Source: a bacterium
GTDB taxonomy: Bacteria; Hydrothermota; DG-26; JAUXAN01
Assembly (NCBI GenBank): GCA_030619885.1
Contig: JAUXAN010000002.1
Location: 30,934 to 94,933, forward strand
Direction of reading: 5' to 3'
DNA length: 64,000 nt
Shown: one piece after another, positions 8,357 through 17,943 of the stretch
Numbering within the stretch: position 1 is the stretch's first letter
Layout of the letters: each line of letters opens with the position of its first letter
The notes under the pieces: generated by a model
What the model was told of the DNA's origin: nothing
The model's input: only the letters and a program-made list of their open reading frames with translations
The model's database searches: none
Made by a program: the position numbers and the translations under genes

Positions 8357-9508
8357 ATGAAAGTCCTGGTTTCTATGTACTACTTCAAGCCTCTCAGTTT
8401 GGAGGGTGGAGGAACCTTTATGGATTCTCTTGCAACATCTTTTTGCGATGCTGGGATTGGAACCACTCTTATTGCACCATTAGATTCTGGTGCAAATAAG
8501 CCCTATGAAGTAATCAACTACCTGAAATCAGGATTAGGTGGACCATTTGTAAATTTGAGAAGATACATCAGGACCGTAAAAAAAATTGCAAAAGAGTGTG
8601 ATGCGGTTTATATTCATCAAAATAATCCAGCAGTATCCTTCATCAGTGATGTCGTATATACAGCAAATAAAAATACATTTGTAATCTTTGGTACTCCGTT
8701 GCAGAGATTTTTCATCCATCGGGGAGGTACTTTTACAAAACAACATATTTCTCATTGGCTGGTAAAAAACAAAATGGGAACCTATTTTTCATCCTTTAAG
8801 TGCAGATATTATATAGTTAGCACTCATTTTCAAAAAAGGGAATTACTCTCACTTGATATACCTGAGGAGAAAGTAGTCGTTATCCCATTTGGCATTTCTC
8901 CGAAATATTTTGAGCCTCACAATAAGAAAAAAGCAAGGAGGGAATTTGGACTGAAAGGCGACAAGATTATTTCATATCTTGGACATTTTTCTCCAGTGAA
9001 AGGGGTGCCTGATCTAATTATGTCGTTTAAGAATATAGTTAAGAAAAACGATAATGTTCTCCTTCTTATTGCCCGGAGTGGCAAAGGGAGTGAAACTAAA
9101 AAAGTTTTTAAACTTATCAGAGAGCACGACTTGAACAAAAAGGTAATCATATTGGGAAAAGTGGATGTCAGAAAATTCATTTCTGCTTCAGATGTGATGG
9201 TGTTACCTTACACACATAGTTCAATTCCCCATTTTCCATTGGTGATGATGGAGTCCTTTGCAGTGGGAACCCCAGTGATTTCCACCAATGTTGGAGGGCT
9301 CTCTGAAATGATTGTCAATAATAAGACAGGGATGTTAGTATCACCGAACAGAGTAGACCAATTGACAGGTGCTATTCAGAAGTTATTAGATGATGGAAAT
9401 CTTTATCAAACCATTTCTGAAAATAGTAGAAATGAATTTTTAGAAAAATATAATTCAGATGTAGTAGTAAGGCAATATCTCAAATTATATGAGAAGATTA
9501 AGAGATGA
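8357..9508 (+). CDS. Glycosyltransferase family 4
   Basis: C-terminal MMESFAVGTPVISTNVGGLSEMIVNNKTGMLV GT4 signature. Confidence 0.7.
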   Translation: MKVLVSMYYFKPLSLEGGGTFMDSLATSFCDAGIGTTLIAPLDSGANKPYEVINYLKSGLGGPFVNLRRYIRTVKKIAKECDAVYIHQNNPAVSFISDVVYTANKNTFVIFGTPLQRFFIHRGGTFTKQHISHWLVKNKMGTYFSSFKCRYYIVSTHFQKRELLSLDIPEEKVVVIPFGISPKYFEPHNKKKARREFGLKGDKIISYLGHFSPVKGVPDLIMSFKNIVKKNDNVLLLIARSGKGSETKKVFKLIREHDLNKKVIILGKVDVRKFISASDVMVLPYTHSSIPHFPLVMMESFAVGTPVISTNVGGLSEMIVNNKTGMLVSPNRVDQLTGAIQKLLDDGNLYQTISENSRNEFLEKYNSDVVVRQYLKLYEKIKR

Positions 9509-10209
9509 ATAGAAAGCGTTGGTCAAAAGATAAAAAGCAAGTTTTTGTAGAGAAGGAAAAGATGGATGCCTATGAGCATAAAATGGGCTACTATGCCCGG
9601 ACTATAGACCAGAAAGTTGTCTCCTCATTTTTAGACAATGAGAAAGGCTTTATACTGGATTTGGGGTGCGGTACAGGGAGGTTTACAAGTTTTCTCGAGA
9701 GCAGTGGTGCCAGAGTGATAGGCGCTGACTATTCTCCTGGTATGCTCCATGTTGCTCAAAAGAGAATAAAATCTCCTCTTGTAAGATGCGATGCATTTAA
9801 TCTACCCTTTAAGGATAATGTTTTTGATAATGTGCTCTCTATGCGTCTGATTTTTCACTACTACCGACCGAGAGGAATAGTAGAAGAGGTAAAGAGAGTC
9901 ATGGATGATACTGGAGCATTTGTTTTTGACTCACTGAACAAATATTCTTTAAGGTATTTCTTATATTTTATTCAGCGAGTTTTTCAAAGAAGGGCAGGAA
10001 GACAGATGTGGTATGCCTCAAAAAAGGAAATGCTCGATTTTATAACATCGATTGGACTGGGGATTGAAAAAAGTGAATCAAGATATCTCCTTCCAACTCG
10101 ATTTTATAGATTTCTACCCCATGTATTGATTTTTATTATAGATAAAATAGAACCATTTTGGCCTGCACCCCTGAGACAGATTTCATATTGGAAAACACGA
10201 TGTAAATAA
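9505..10209 (+). CDS. Class I SAM-dependent methyltransferase (3 of 3)
   Basis: LDLGCGTGRFT motif I. Confidence 0.65.
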   Translation: MNRKRWSKDKKQVFVEKEKMDAYEHKMGYYARTIDQKVVSSFLDNEKGFILDLGCGTGRFTSFLESSGARVIGADYSPGMLHVAQKRIKSPLVRCDAFNLPFKDNVFDNVLSMRLIFHYYRPRGIVEEVKRVMDDTGAFVFDSLNKYSLRYFLYFIQRVFQRRAGRQMWYASKKEMLDFITSIGLGIEKSESRYLLPTRFYRFLPHVLIFIIDKIEPFWPAPLRQISYWKTRCK

Positions 10210-10220
10210 GATACACAGAA

Positions 10221-11162
10221 ATGAACCTTAAAAGAAACTATCTTTCAATTGCTATCCTGATCTTTTTCATAGCCTGGTGCGGGATATATGTTAAGAATCA
10301 CATAAATGAATTTAAGATTATTTCCCAGATATCCGTCAAATTTACTCTGATATTGTGTTTGTTATCTCTAACAATCATTTCACTTAGAGGATATTTCACA
10401 AAAATACTGCTTGAACCGTTTAAAATAGACCTGAAATTGAGAGAGTGGTTCGGACTTTCATTTGTGTCAACAATGGGCAATTACCTTGTTCCATTTAGAA
10501 CTGGTGCCGCATTCAGGGCTGTTTACCTTAAAACAAATTATGATTTTTCTTACTCTTCGTTTCTTTCTACAATGGCGGCAACATACATACTCAACTTCTT
10601 TTTTAATTCCATTATTGGTATGGGAAGTATAGTGTTGATTTATGCCAAATACAAAATGTTCAGCATCCCAGTTTTTCTATTCTTCTTAATTGCTTTCCTG
10701 ATTTTGTTAGTGATTATCACCTTTCCACTAAAGGTTTCAAGTAATAGACGGAGGTTCTTAAAGAGCATAAACAACATTATCAACGGATGGTGTCGAATAA
10801 GAACGAATCGATTGCTTATCAGAAATCTCTCATTCTTGCTTCTGCTCAACGCCGTTCTCTTCTTGCTCTCCATCAATTTTGCGTTCAAGGCATTTTCTAT
10901 AAGTCTTCCCTTGATAAAATGTTTGCTGATTTCAGCATTCCACTCCTTCTCGATATTGATAAGTATTACACCAGGTTCTTTAGGTATATCTGAAGGGGTC
11001 ATCGTCTTTACATCCAAATTGTTTGGCATAAGTCCAGTAGAAAGTCTTGTTGTTGCAGGCTTAATTCGGGCTATCACCCTATTCTGGGTTCTTACATTAG
11101 GACCTATATGGAGTTATTTCCTGATTACCCAAAAACGGAGGGATTATGACAAAGAGAACTAA
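10221..11162 (+). CDS. Polytopic membrane protein, lysyl-PG-synthase-TM/flippase-like (UPF0104-type)
   Basis: About 8 predicted TM helices, no soluble domain; this family commonly accompanies glycosyltransferases. Confidence 0.45.
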   Translation: MNLKRNYLSIAILIFFIAWCGIYVKNHINEFKIISQISVKFTLILCLLSLTIISLRGYFTKILLEPFKIDLKLREWFGLSFVSTMGNYLVPFRTGAAFRAVYLKTNYDFSYSSFLSTMAATYILNFFFNSIIGMGSIVLIYAKYKMFSIPVFLFFLIAFLILLVIITFPLKVSSNRRRFLKSINNIINGWCRIRTNRLLIRNLSFLLLLNAVLFLLSINFAFKAFSISLPLIKCLLISAFHSFSILISITPGSLGISEGVIVFTSKLFGISPVESLVVAGLIRAITLFWVLTLGPIWSYFLITQKRRDYDKEN

Positions 11163-13590
11163 GAAGGAACGGAGTAAGATATCTGTCCCAGAGAAGCACG
11201 GCAGATTCTCTGAAAAGAGATTAAATAAAATAGCTATTGGTATTCTATTTATTCTTCCCTTTATATTTTTCTACAGGTTACTTTCTGGAAAGGTGATGAT
11301 GTATGGTTCAGACTGGTTACTTGCTGCGTGCCCTCAGAGGATGTGGATGTCTTCTTATATTGCACAACATGCAAGAATCCCTATGTGGTATCCTTACATT
11401 TACTCTGGCCGTCCAAGCGTTGCTAACTTCTTCGGTGATGCCTTCTATCCAACCGCTCTCTTCCGCCTCTTTATTCCAATACATATTGTATGGACATACG
11501 CCTTTGTCTTTCATATATTTCTTGCTGGCTTAGGAGCATATCTTTTCTTAAGGGAATTGAAACTCTCTGTCTATCCCTCGCTTCTTGCTGGGATGGTCTA
11601 TATGTTTGCTGGTGATGTTATATCTACAACTTATGCAGGGCACGATGGAAAACTTATATGCGCTGCACTCTTTCCCTTTGCCTTACTTTTTCTGCATAAA
11701 GGGTTAAAAACACATAGGCTTCCCTATTTTCTCTTTATGGGCAGCATTTTTGGTCTCTCTCTTCTCTCAGGTCACTTCCAAAAGGCATATTATTCGCTGG
11801 TTTTATCAGCCTTTTATCTTCTCTGTTATCTCATCTGGGAAAGGAAAAAAAATAAATTGGGAGGTAGTATTAAACTTGTACTATTCTATGGATTGGGTAT
11901 CTTATTTATGGTCTGCCTGGTCGCAGTCCAATATCTTCCAGTGTACGGGAGCCTGCCTTACGGTGCAAGAGGTGAAACAAGAGGATATGAGTATGCAACC
12001 TCATGGTCTATGCCAACTGCCGAATTTTTGAACCTGTTAACTCCACATTTCTCCGGGATATTGAATAACTATTGGGGTGAGAGTTATTTCAAGTTACATA
12101 GTGAATACCTGGGTATTCTTTCTCTACTTCTTATGGGGATAGCAGTAGCATATAAGAGAAGGGACAGGTATGTAAAATTTTTCATATGGCTTGGTGTGGT
12201 CACAACGATAATGGCTCTTGGAGGCTATACGCCCTTATATAAGATACCCTACTATCTCCTTCCAGGGTTAAAGAAATTCAGGTGTCCATCACAGATATTC
12301 TATCTTGTCTCTTTTGCTGTTGCCATTCTTGCAGGATTTGGAATACAATCGATACTAAACAAAAGACGAAAGGCAAAAGACGAAAGACAAAAGTCTTATA
12401 CCCGGCTTGCAATTGGGTTGGGAATAGTATTTGGCATTGTAGTCATATTCAGCCTCCTATGTTCTCTTGGAAAGGATTTTATGCTTGGCTCTTTAAAATC
12501 CCATTTCCAGTCGAGCCTCACTCAACAGAAAGTAAATAATCTCTACAAAAATTATCCCTATTTTCTTAAGGGACTTGGGATAGCACTATTTTTGATACTG
12601 ATAAATTCAGGCTTAATTCTTCTATTGGCTATGAAGAGATTGAAAGCGGGTATCTGGGCATTGATTGCCCTTCCAATTCTCATTTTTGATGTATGGATTA
12701 TTGAGTTGCGATTTGTAAGAACTGTCCCGGTGCCCCCAAAATACTATGCACGAGACGATGTTGTAACTTTCCTGAAGAATGATAGAACCCTGTACAGGGT
12801 ATTCCCACTTTATTACGAACACACAAACGATGGATTTCTTGGCTATCATAGTATCCAGAGTGCGGGTGGGGTCACTGCAAATCCTCTTGCAAGATACCAG
12901 AAGTTTATAGGTACCGGAGGAAGTGTTATGTTCAATCCACGGAATTTAATAAAGTATAAGAAGTTTTTAAATCTCTTGAACATAAAGTATATAATAAGTA
13001 TCCAACTTCCAGAGGATGTTTCAAGATATGATAAGAGAACTCAAGAGATGATAAGGAATCTCAAGGATTACCTCAAGGATTTTAAACTTGTTTATAGAGG
13101 GAAGCATACAATTTATGAGAATGAAGATTTTCTTCCAAGGGCATTTCTTGTTCCAGATTTTGAAGTATATCCCAAGGAAGAGGTATTGAATAGGATGAAA
13201 GATTTCGATCCAAGAACTACAGTAATCCTTGAGGAATCACCAGAGGTCTCACATCCAGAATCACTCATAAATTCTGGGACTGTGAATATAATAAGTTATG
13301 ATGCAAATAGGATTGTGTGTGAAGCAAATATGATAGTGCCAGGTTTTCTCGTTTTGAGTGAGAACTATCATCCTGCGTGGAAGTGTTGGGTTGATGGAAA
13401 AAGGAGTAAAATCTACTGTGCAAACTACACTTTCAGGGCTGTATGGTTGCCACCGGGTGTGCATAAAGTGGAATTCGTATACGATTCTATCTATTTCAAA
13501 CTTGGGGCTATAATGAGCTCACTCTCAATTTTATTCCTTATAGGTGTTATAATATGGCATATAAGATTGCGACGTATACGCCATGTCTAA
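11146..13590 (+). CDS. Large polytopic membrane protein (814 aa), YfhO/GT-C-like putative glycan transferase or polymerase
   Basis: More than 10 N-terminal TM helices followed by a ~250-aa extracytoplasmic C-terminal domain and a final TM; family assignment is by architecture only. Confidence 0.4.
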   Translation: MTKRTKKERSKISVPEKHGRFSEKRLNKIAIGILFILPFIFFYRLLSGKVMMYGSDWLLAACPQRMWMSSYIAQHARIPMWYPYIYSGRPSVANFFGDAFYPTALFRLFIPIHIVWTYAFVFHIFLAGLGAYLFLRELKLSVYPSLLAGMVYMFAGDVISTTYAGHDGKLICAALFPFALLFLHKGLKTHRLPYFLFMGSIFGLSLLSGHFQKAYYSLVLSAFYLLCYLIWERKKNKLGGSIKLVLFYGLGILFMVCLVAVQYLPVYGSLPYGARGETRGYEYATSWSMPTAEFLNLLTPHFSGILNNYWGESYFKLHSEYLGILSLLLMGIAVAYKRRDRYVKFFIWLGVVTTIMALGGYTPLYKIPYYLLPGLKKFRCPSQIFYLVSFAVAILAGFGIQSILNKRRKAKDERQKSYTRLAIGLGIVFGIVVIFSLLCSLGKDFMLGSLKSHFQSSLTQQKVNNLYKNYPYFLKGLGIALFLILINSGLILLLAMKRLKAGIWALIALPILIFDVWIIELRFVRTVPVPPKYYARDDVVTFLKNDRTLYRVFPLYYEHTNDGFLGYHSIQSAGGVTANPLARYQKFIGTGGSVMFNPRNLIKYKKFLNLLNIKYIISIQLPEDVSRYDKRTQEMIRNLKDYLKDFKLVYRGKHTIYENEDFLPRAFLVPDFEVYPKEEVLNRMKDFDPRTTVILEESPEVSHPESLINSGTVNIISYDANRIVCEANMIVPGFLVLSENYHPAWKCWVDGKRSKIYCANYTFRAVWLPPGVHKVEFVYDSIYFKLGAIMSSLSILFLIGVIIWHIRLRRIRHV

Positions 13591-13596
13591 ATATAG

Positions 13597-13704
13597 GGGA
13601 CGCAGATTTTCAGGATTCAAAAATTAGAAGATTAAAGATTGAAAAGAATTTGCAATCTCCAAATCTTTCAATTATCTGCGTTTATCCGCGTGTATCTGCG
13701 TCCC
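13597..13704. repeat. TIR-flanked short element copy 1 with three phased 9-mers TTATCTGCG/TTATCCGCG/GTATCTGCG at 10-bp period
   Basis: GGGGACGCAGAT at 13597-13607 and its inverse ATCTGCGTCCC at the right end; boxes at 13672-13680, 13682-13690 and 13692-13700; an AT-rich run follows. Confidence 0.6.
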
Positions 13705-13746
13705 ATTTAAATGTTTTTTTAATAAAAATCCTGTTAATCCTGTCAA

Positions 13747-15288
13747 ATGAATAGAATCAAGACCGAAATAGGAGGGTATAGGAAAAGAAGGGGAAATACC
13801 TCTTTCTGTCTCGTCTATCCCAATATCTACGAAGTTGGAATTGCCAATTTAGGTTTTCAACAGGTGTATAAACTCTTGAATCAGATAGAGGGTGTCTATT
13901 GTGAAAGGGGATTCTATTGTGAAGGTCCATTTAAATCTTTTGAGAGCAGTAGAAAATTGAGTGATTTCTCAATTATCGGATTCTCATTCCCTTACGAGTT
14001 AGATTATATGAATTTCTTTAAAATTCTAAAACACTCTAAAATTCCCATATTTTCAAAAGACCGTGGTCCCCGTTTCCCACCAATAATCGCAGGTGGTGTC
14101 TCCGTTTCAGCCAATCCGACCGTACTCGCCCCATTTGTAGACCTCTTCGTAATAGGAGAAGCAGAAGAAATCTTAGGTGAAATCGTAAAAGTCTTCATCA
14201 ATAATAAAAAGAAGCAGAATTTTCTTAAAGCAGTCTCTGAAATTGAAGGGGTCTATGTCCCTGAACTTGGAAGGGGGAGGATAGAGAGAAGATGGGTCTC
14301 CGATCTGAATAGATTCCCTACCTCATCCTGTATAATTTCCCCCCACTCGCATTTCAAAAATATGTATCTTGTAGAACTTGAAAGAGGGTGTCCGTATAGG
14401 TGCAGATTCTGTATGGGGGGATATTTTCACAACCCTTACAGGGTGAGAGACCACAGAAAGTTGATTGAACATATCAAGACAGATAGGCTGCCAAAGAAAT
14501 CTATCGGGCTCATTGGTGCTGCGATTTCAGAATTCCCACACCTTGAAGAGACAATCCGTGAGCTCTCACCACTTACCAATACTATCCATATCTCATCTTT
14601 AAGGCTCGACAGGGTGAGCAAAAAGTTGGTATCGTTGTTGGTCAAAAAGGGCTTGAAACAACTAACGATTGCACCAGAAACAGGAGGGGAGAGGTTAAGA
14701 AATATCATAGGGAAGAATATAGAAGATGAGAAGATACTTGAGGTTGTCTCATATTGCAGTTCCGCAGGTGCTGAGGGGATCAAACTCTATTTTATGATAG
14801 GGCTCCCTTTTGAGACCGATGATGATGTATTTAAAATTGGAGAACTGATTAAGGAGATTAGAAGAATATATAATAGAAGGATTACAGTTAGCATAAACCC
14901 TTTTGTCCCAAAACCTCACACACCATTTCAGCACCACAATATGGAGGGAAGGGAGAATTTGAGAAGGAAGATGAGATTGGTCGAAAATTCGTTAAAAGTC
15001 GTAGACCCGTATGGGGGGATGAAGGGAATAAAGGTGATCAAAAAGGGAATAAGGGAAGCGATACTTCAGTCAATAGTCTCGAGGGGCGATGAAAAGATCG
15101 GAACTGCATTAGGCAACAGTATTTTAAGGGGTTCACCAGTGCAAAGAATTTTTTTGGAAGAGGGGATAGATACCGATTTTTACACAGGCACAAGGGAAGA
15201 AGTAACTTTCCCATGGGATTTTATACACTCAAAAATTGACAGGAAGGGTCTTTACACTGAATATAGAAGAGCGAAAGAATCTATTTAG
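13747..15288 (+). CDS. Radical SAM protein with N-terminal B12-binding-like domain (TIGR03960-like family)
   Basis: [24 protein letters not shown]-terminus; [13 protein letters not shown]3CX2C motif. Confidence 0.65.
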   Translation: MNRIKTEIGGYRKRRGNTSFCLVYPNIYEVGIANLGFQQVYKLLNQIEGVYCERGFYCEGPFKSFESSRKLSDFSIIGFSFPYELDYMNFFKILKHSKIPIFSKDRGPRFPPIIAGGVSVSANPTVLAPFVDLFVIGEAEEILGEIVKVFINNKKKQNFLKAVSEIEGVYVPELGRGRIERRWVSDLNRFPTSSCIISPHSHFKNMYLVELERGCPYRCRFCMGGYFHNPYRVRDHRKLIEHIKTDRLPKKSIGLIGAAISEFPHLEETIRELSPLTNTIHISSLRLDRVSKKLVSLLVKKGLKQLTIAPETGGERLRNIIGKNIEDEKILEVVSYCSSAGAEGIKLYFMIGLPFETDDDVFKIGELIKEIRRIYNRRITVSINPFVPKPHTPFQHHNMEGRENLRRKMRLVENSLKVVDPYGGMKGIKVIKKGIREAILQSIVSRGDEKIGTALGNSILRGSPVQRIFLEEGIDTDFYTGTREEVTFPWDFIHSKIDRKGLYTEYRRAKESI

Positions 15289-15472
15289 CCTTTTTCACTG
15301 CCCCTGAACGGAGGCATCTTGTGCACACATAAATTTTTTTAACTTTGCCATCTATAACTGCCCTTACCCTTTGAAGATTGGGCTGCCATTTTTTCTTCGT
15401 TACATTATGGGCATGACTCACCGAATGTCCAAATTGTCCTATCTTACCGCAGATCACACATTTTCTTGCCAT
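15281..15472 (-). CDS. rpmB: 50S ribosomal protein L28
   Basis: [57 protein letters not shown], classic L28; start placed at the internal ATG preceded by GGAGG; -35 TTGACA on the minus strand at 15517-15522. Confidence 0.9.
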   Translation of the reverse strand: MARKCVICGKIGQFGHSVSHAHNVTKKKWQPNLQRVRAVIDGKVKKIYVCTRCLRSGAVKKAK

Positions 15473-15529
15473 AGTTCCTCCATTATTAATCCCCATGTTA
15501 CATATAATCTAAAACTTGTCAACTTAATA

Positions 15530-15731
15530 GGGACGCAGATTTCCGCAGATAAACGCAGATAATTCAAAGATATAATTCACTTATAGTCACTCGTTTACGT
15601 TAATCGGTTACGATGCTCGTTTTGTCCTTTGGTGACGGAGTCCGCACATCCGTAACCTTTAACCGCGCCACGATACGGGCTTCGTTACCGTTAAACTTTT
15701 ATCGATTCCGAATCTATGTGTATCTGCGTCC
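15530..15731. repeat. TIR-flanked element copy 2 (about 200 bp, GC-richer, internally self-complementary) with three phased boxes AAATCTGCG/TTATCTGCG/TTATCTGCG on the minus strand
   Basis: GGACGCAGATttccGCAGATaaacGCAGATaatt at 15531-15563; inverse GTATCTGCGTCC at 15720-15731; internal GGTTACG/CGTAACC pairings. Confidence 0.6.
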
Positions 15732-15762
15732 TTATTTTTAAAATGACTCACATATTACCTAC

Positions 15763-16341
15763 TCAGTGGAGATTGAATTTGGGCTCTTTCCCTTTGAGCA
15801 AACGTTTTATATTCGAAATATGCCGTACGAGTATTAAGCAGGCAACAACGATTGCCAAAAGAAAGAGCGGGAAAGGTCTTTTCATAAAATAAATCAGAAC
15901 AGGTGCACATACCGCAGCGGTCATACTCGCAAGCGATACATATCTGAAGCCAAGCAGGACTACGACCCATATACCGAAGCATAATAAGACAGGGACTGGT
16001 ACCAATCCCAGAAACACGCCCAGGGCTGTTGATACCCCCTTGCCACCTCTGAACTTCAAAAAGGGTGTGAACATATGTCCTAAAACAGCACCCACACCCG
16101 TAGTTATCCCATAATTAATGCTATATCGAGCGACTATAAATGCGGGAAGAAAGCCCTTAACCACATCGAAGAGAAATGCTACACCACCTGCTTTCTTGCC
16201 ACAGAGCCTCGCCACATTGGCAGCACCTATGTTGCCACTCCCTGCTTTCCTTATATCTACACCTTTCAATTTTCCGATGAGAAAACCAAAAGGTATTCCA
16301 CCTGCCAGAAAACCAATTAGGAAAAATAGAACAAAGTTCAT
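15763..16341 (-). CDS. plsY: Glycerol-3-phosphate acyltransferase PlsY
   Basis: GSGNIGAANVARL and overall PlsY membrane topology. Confidence 0.85.
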   Translation of the reverse strand: MNFVLFFLIGFLAGGIPFGFLIGKLKGVDIRKAGSGNIGAANVARLCGKKAGGVAFLFDVVKGFLPAFIVARYSINYGITTGVGAVLGHMFTPFLKFRGGKGVSTALGVFLGLVPVPVLLCFGIWVVVLLGFRYVSLASMTAAVCAPVLIYFMKRPFPLFLLAIVVACLILVRHISNIKRLLKGKEPKFNLH

Positions 16342-16679
16342 CTCAAAATATCCATCACTTCTCTCAATCCTCGTTTTATTTCCGAAAGGACTTTCCTCGC
16401 CCTGAATTCTGCAAAAGGTATCTCCAATTGAGTTCGGTCGTGTTTTTTTAGTTCCTTCAATCTTTTCTTTGCTCCTTCAATGGTGAATCTATCTTCGTAG
16501 AGCAGTTTTTTAATGAGAAGTATAAGTTTGACCTCATCGAGTGTGTACTTTCTTCTTCCCCTCATCCTTCTCGGCTTCAAAACCTTGAATTCGGATTCCC
16601 AGTATCTGATAATATAAGGCTTCACATCAGCGATCTCCGAGACTTCTTTTATCGAATAGTAATATTTATTTAACTCCAT
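16338..16679 (-). CDS. MerR-family HTH transcriptional regulator (small, 113 aa)
   Basis: YSIKEVSEIADVKPYIIRYWESEF MerR-type HTH; lies between gpsA and plsY with 4-nt and 10-nt overlaps. Confidence 0.6.
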   Translation of the reverse strand: MELNKYYYSIKEVSEIADVKPYIIRYWESEFKVLKPRRMRGRRKYTLDEVKLILLIKKLLYEDRFTIEGAKKRLKELKKHDRTQLEIPFAEFRARKVLSEIKRGLREVMDILR

Positions 16680-17710
16680 ACCTCAGCCTTTGGCTTTCGC
16701 ATCATCAAATCTGAAATCGCATCTTGAGAGCGTTTATTTTTGAAAAGAATTTTGTATACCTGTTCAGCGATTGGTAGTTCTACCTGATATTTTTTAGCCA
16801 GTTTTAAAGCAGCTTTTGTAGTATCCACCCCTTCTGCGACCATAATCATCCCTTTGAGTATTTCTTTCAACTTTCTTCCTTTCCCAATCTCCTCTCCAAC
16901 GAATCTATTCCTGCTGTGTTTAGAAAATGAAGTGGTTATCAGATCGCCAATGCCTGATAGCCCTGCAAATGTAGTCGGCTTTGCACCCATAGCCACACCC
17001 AGCCTCGTTATTTCAGCAAGTCCTCTCGTCATAAGCGCGCCCTTGGTATTTGCACCCGTCTGTAATCCATCGCATATACCGGCAGCAATTGCAATGATAT
17101 TTTTCAAAGCGCCACCCAATTCTACCCCGATCACATCACCATTTGTATATGCTCTGAAACTGGGAGTGAAGAATACATCTTGAATTTTTTTAGAAACTTT
17201 TTCGTCTTCAGATGCCACAACTACCGTAGTAGGAACTTTCCTTGCAACCTCATTGGCTATACAGGGCCCTGATAATACGGCTGTCTTCGAAGATTTGCTC
17301 TCTTCTTCCATTATCTCAGACATCCTCTTCAATGATCTTAGTTCAATACCTTTACTCACGCTGAGCAAGATAGCATCTTTTAACATCCCGGATATTTTTT
17401 TCATAACATCCCTAAATACCTGACACCTGAGTGAAAGGATGACCAGTTCACTATCAGAAACCGCTTCCTCCAATTCATTCGTTATGTACACAGAAGCAGG
17501 AATAGTGAACCCCTTTAAGAATTCCTTATTCTCCCTCTCTTTTTTTAACCTCTCTGCCCTTTCAGGGAAGAATTCCCAGAGTTTTACCTTATGGCCCTTA
17601 TCATTCAAAAGCAGTGCCAGGGTAGTTCCAAAATTCCCTGCACCCAGAATAGATATATCAGCCACTATATAAATTTTGCAAAAAAACCCTCTCTTGTCAA
17701 GAAAAATCAA
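16670..17710 (-). CDS. gpsA: NAD(P)H-dependent glycerol-3-phosphate dehydrogenase
   Basis: ILGAGNFGTTLALLL N-terminal Rossmann fold plus GpsA core; true start uncertain (ATG 17710 overlaps a TTGACA box at 17695-17700; GTG 17665 is the alternative). Confidence 0.8.
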   Translation of the reverse strand: MIFLDKRGFFCKIYIVADISILGAGNFGTTLALLLNDKGHKVKLWEFFPERAERLKKERENKEFLKGFTIPASVYITNELEEAVSDSELVILSLRCQVFRDVMKKISGMLKDAILLSVSKGIELRSLKRMSEIMEEESKSSKTAVLSGPCIANEVARKVPTTVVVASEDEKVSKKIQDVFFTPSFRAYTNGDVIGVELGGALKNIIAIAAGICDGLQTGANTKGALMTRGLAEITRLGVAMGAKPTTFAGLSGIGDLITTSFSKHSRNRFVGEEIGKGRKLKEILKGMIMVAEGVDTTKAALKLAKKYQVELPIAEQVYKILFKNKRSQDAISDLMMRKPKAEVWS

Positions 17711-17730
17711 CCTAATGCACCGAACGGAGT

Positions 17731-17787
17731 GAGGTGCTATGTACCGAGTAAAACGAGGTGCTATGTACCGAGTAAAACGAGGTGCTA
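17731..17787. repeat. 24-bp direct tandem repeat GAGGTGCTATGTACCGAGTAAAAC, 2.4 copies
   Basis: Seen directly; followed by the hairpin GGTCAGatttttCTGACC at 17788-17805. Confidence 0.7.
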
Positions 17788-17943
17788 ATGGTCAGATTTT
17801 TCTGACCCCACGCATTATATATCTTTCAAGGGGTCAAGAAAAAATTGACTTCATTTCATTTTTGTAAGTTCTTGAAACAAAATCTATTCCCCTCTTTGAA
17901 TCAAGTTAAATAATTAATTAAAGTAAAATCTGCTTTTTCTGGG

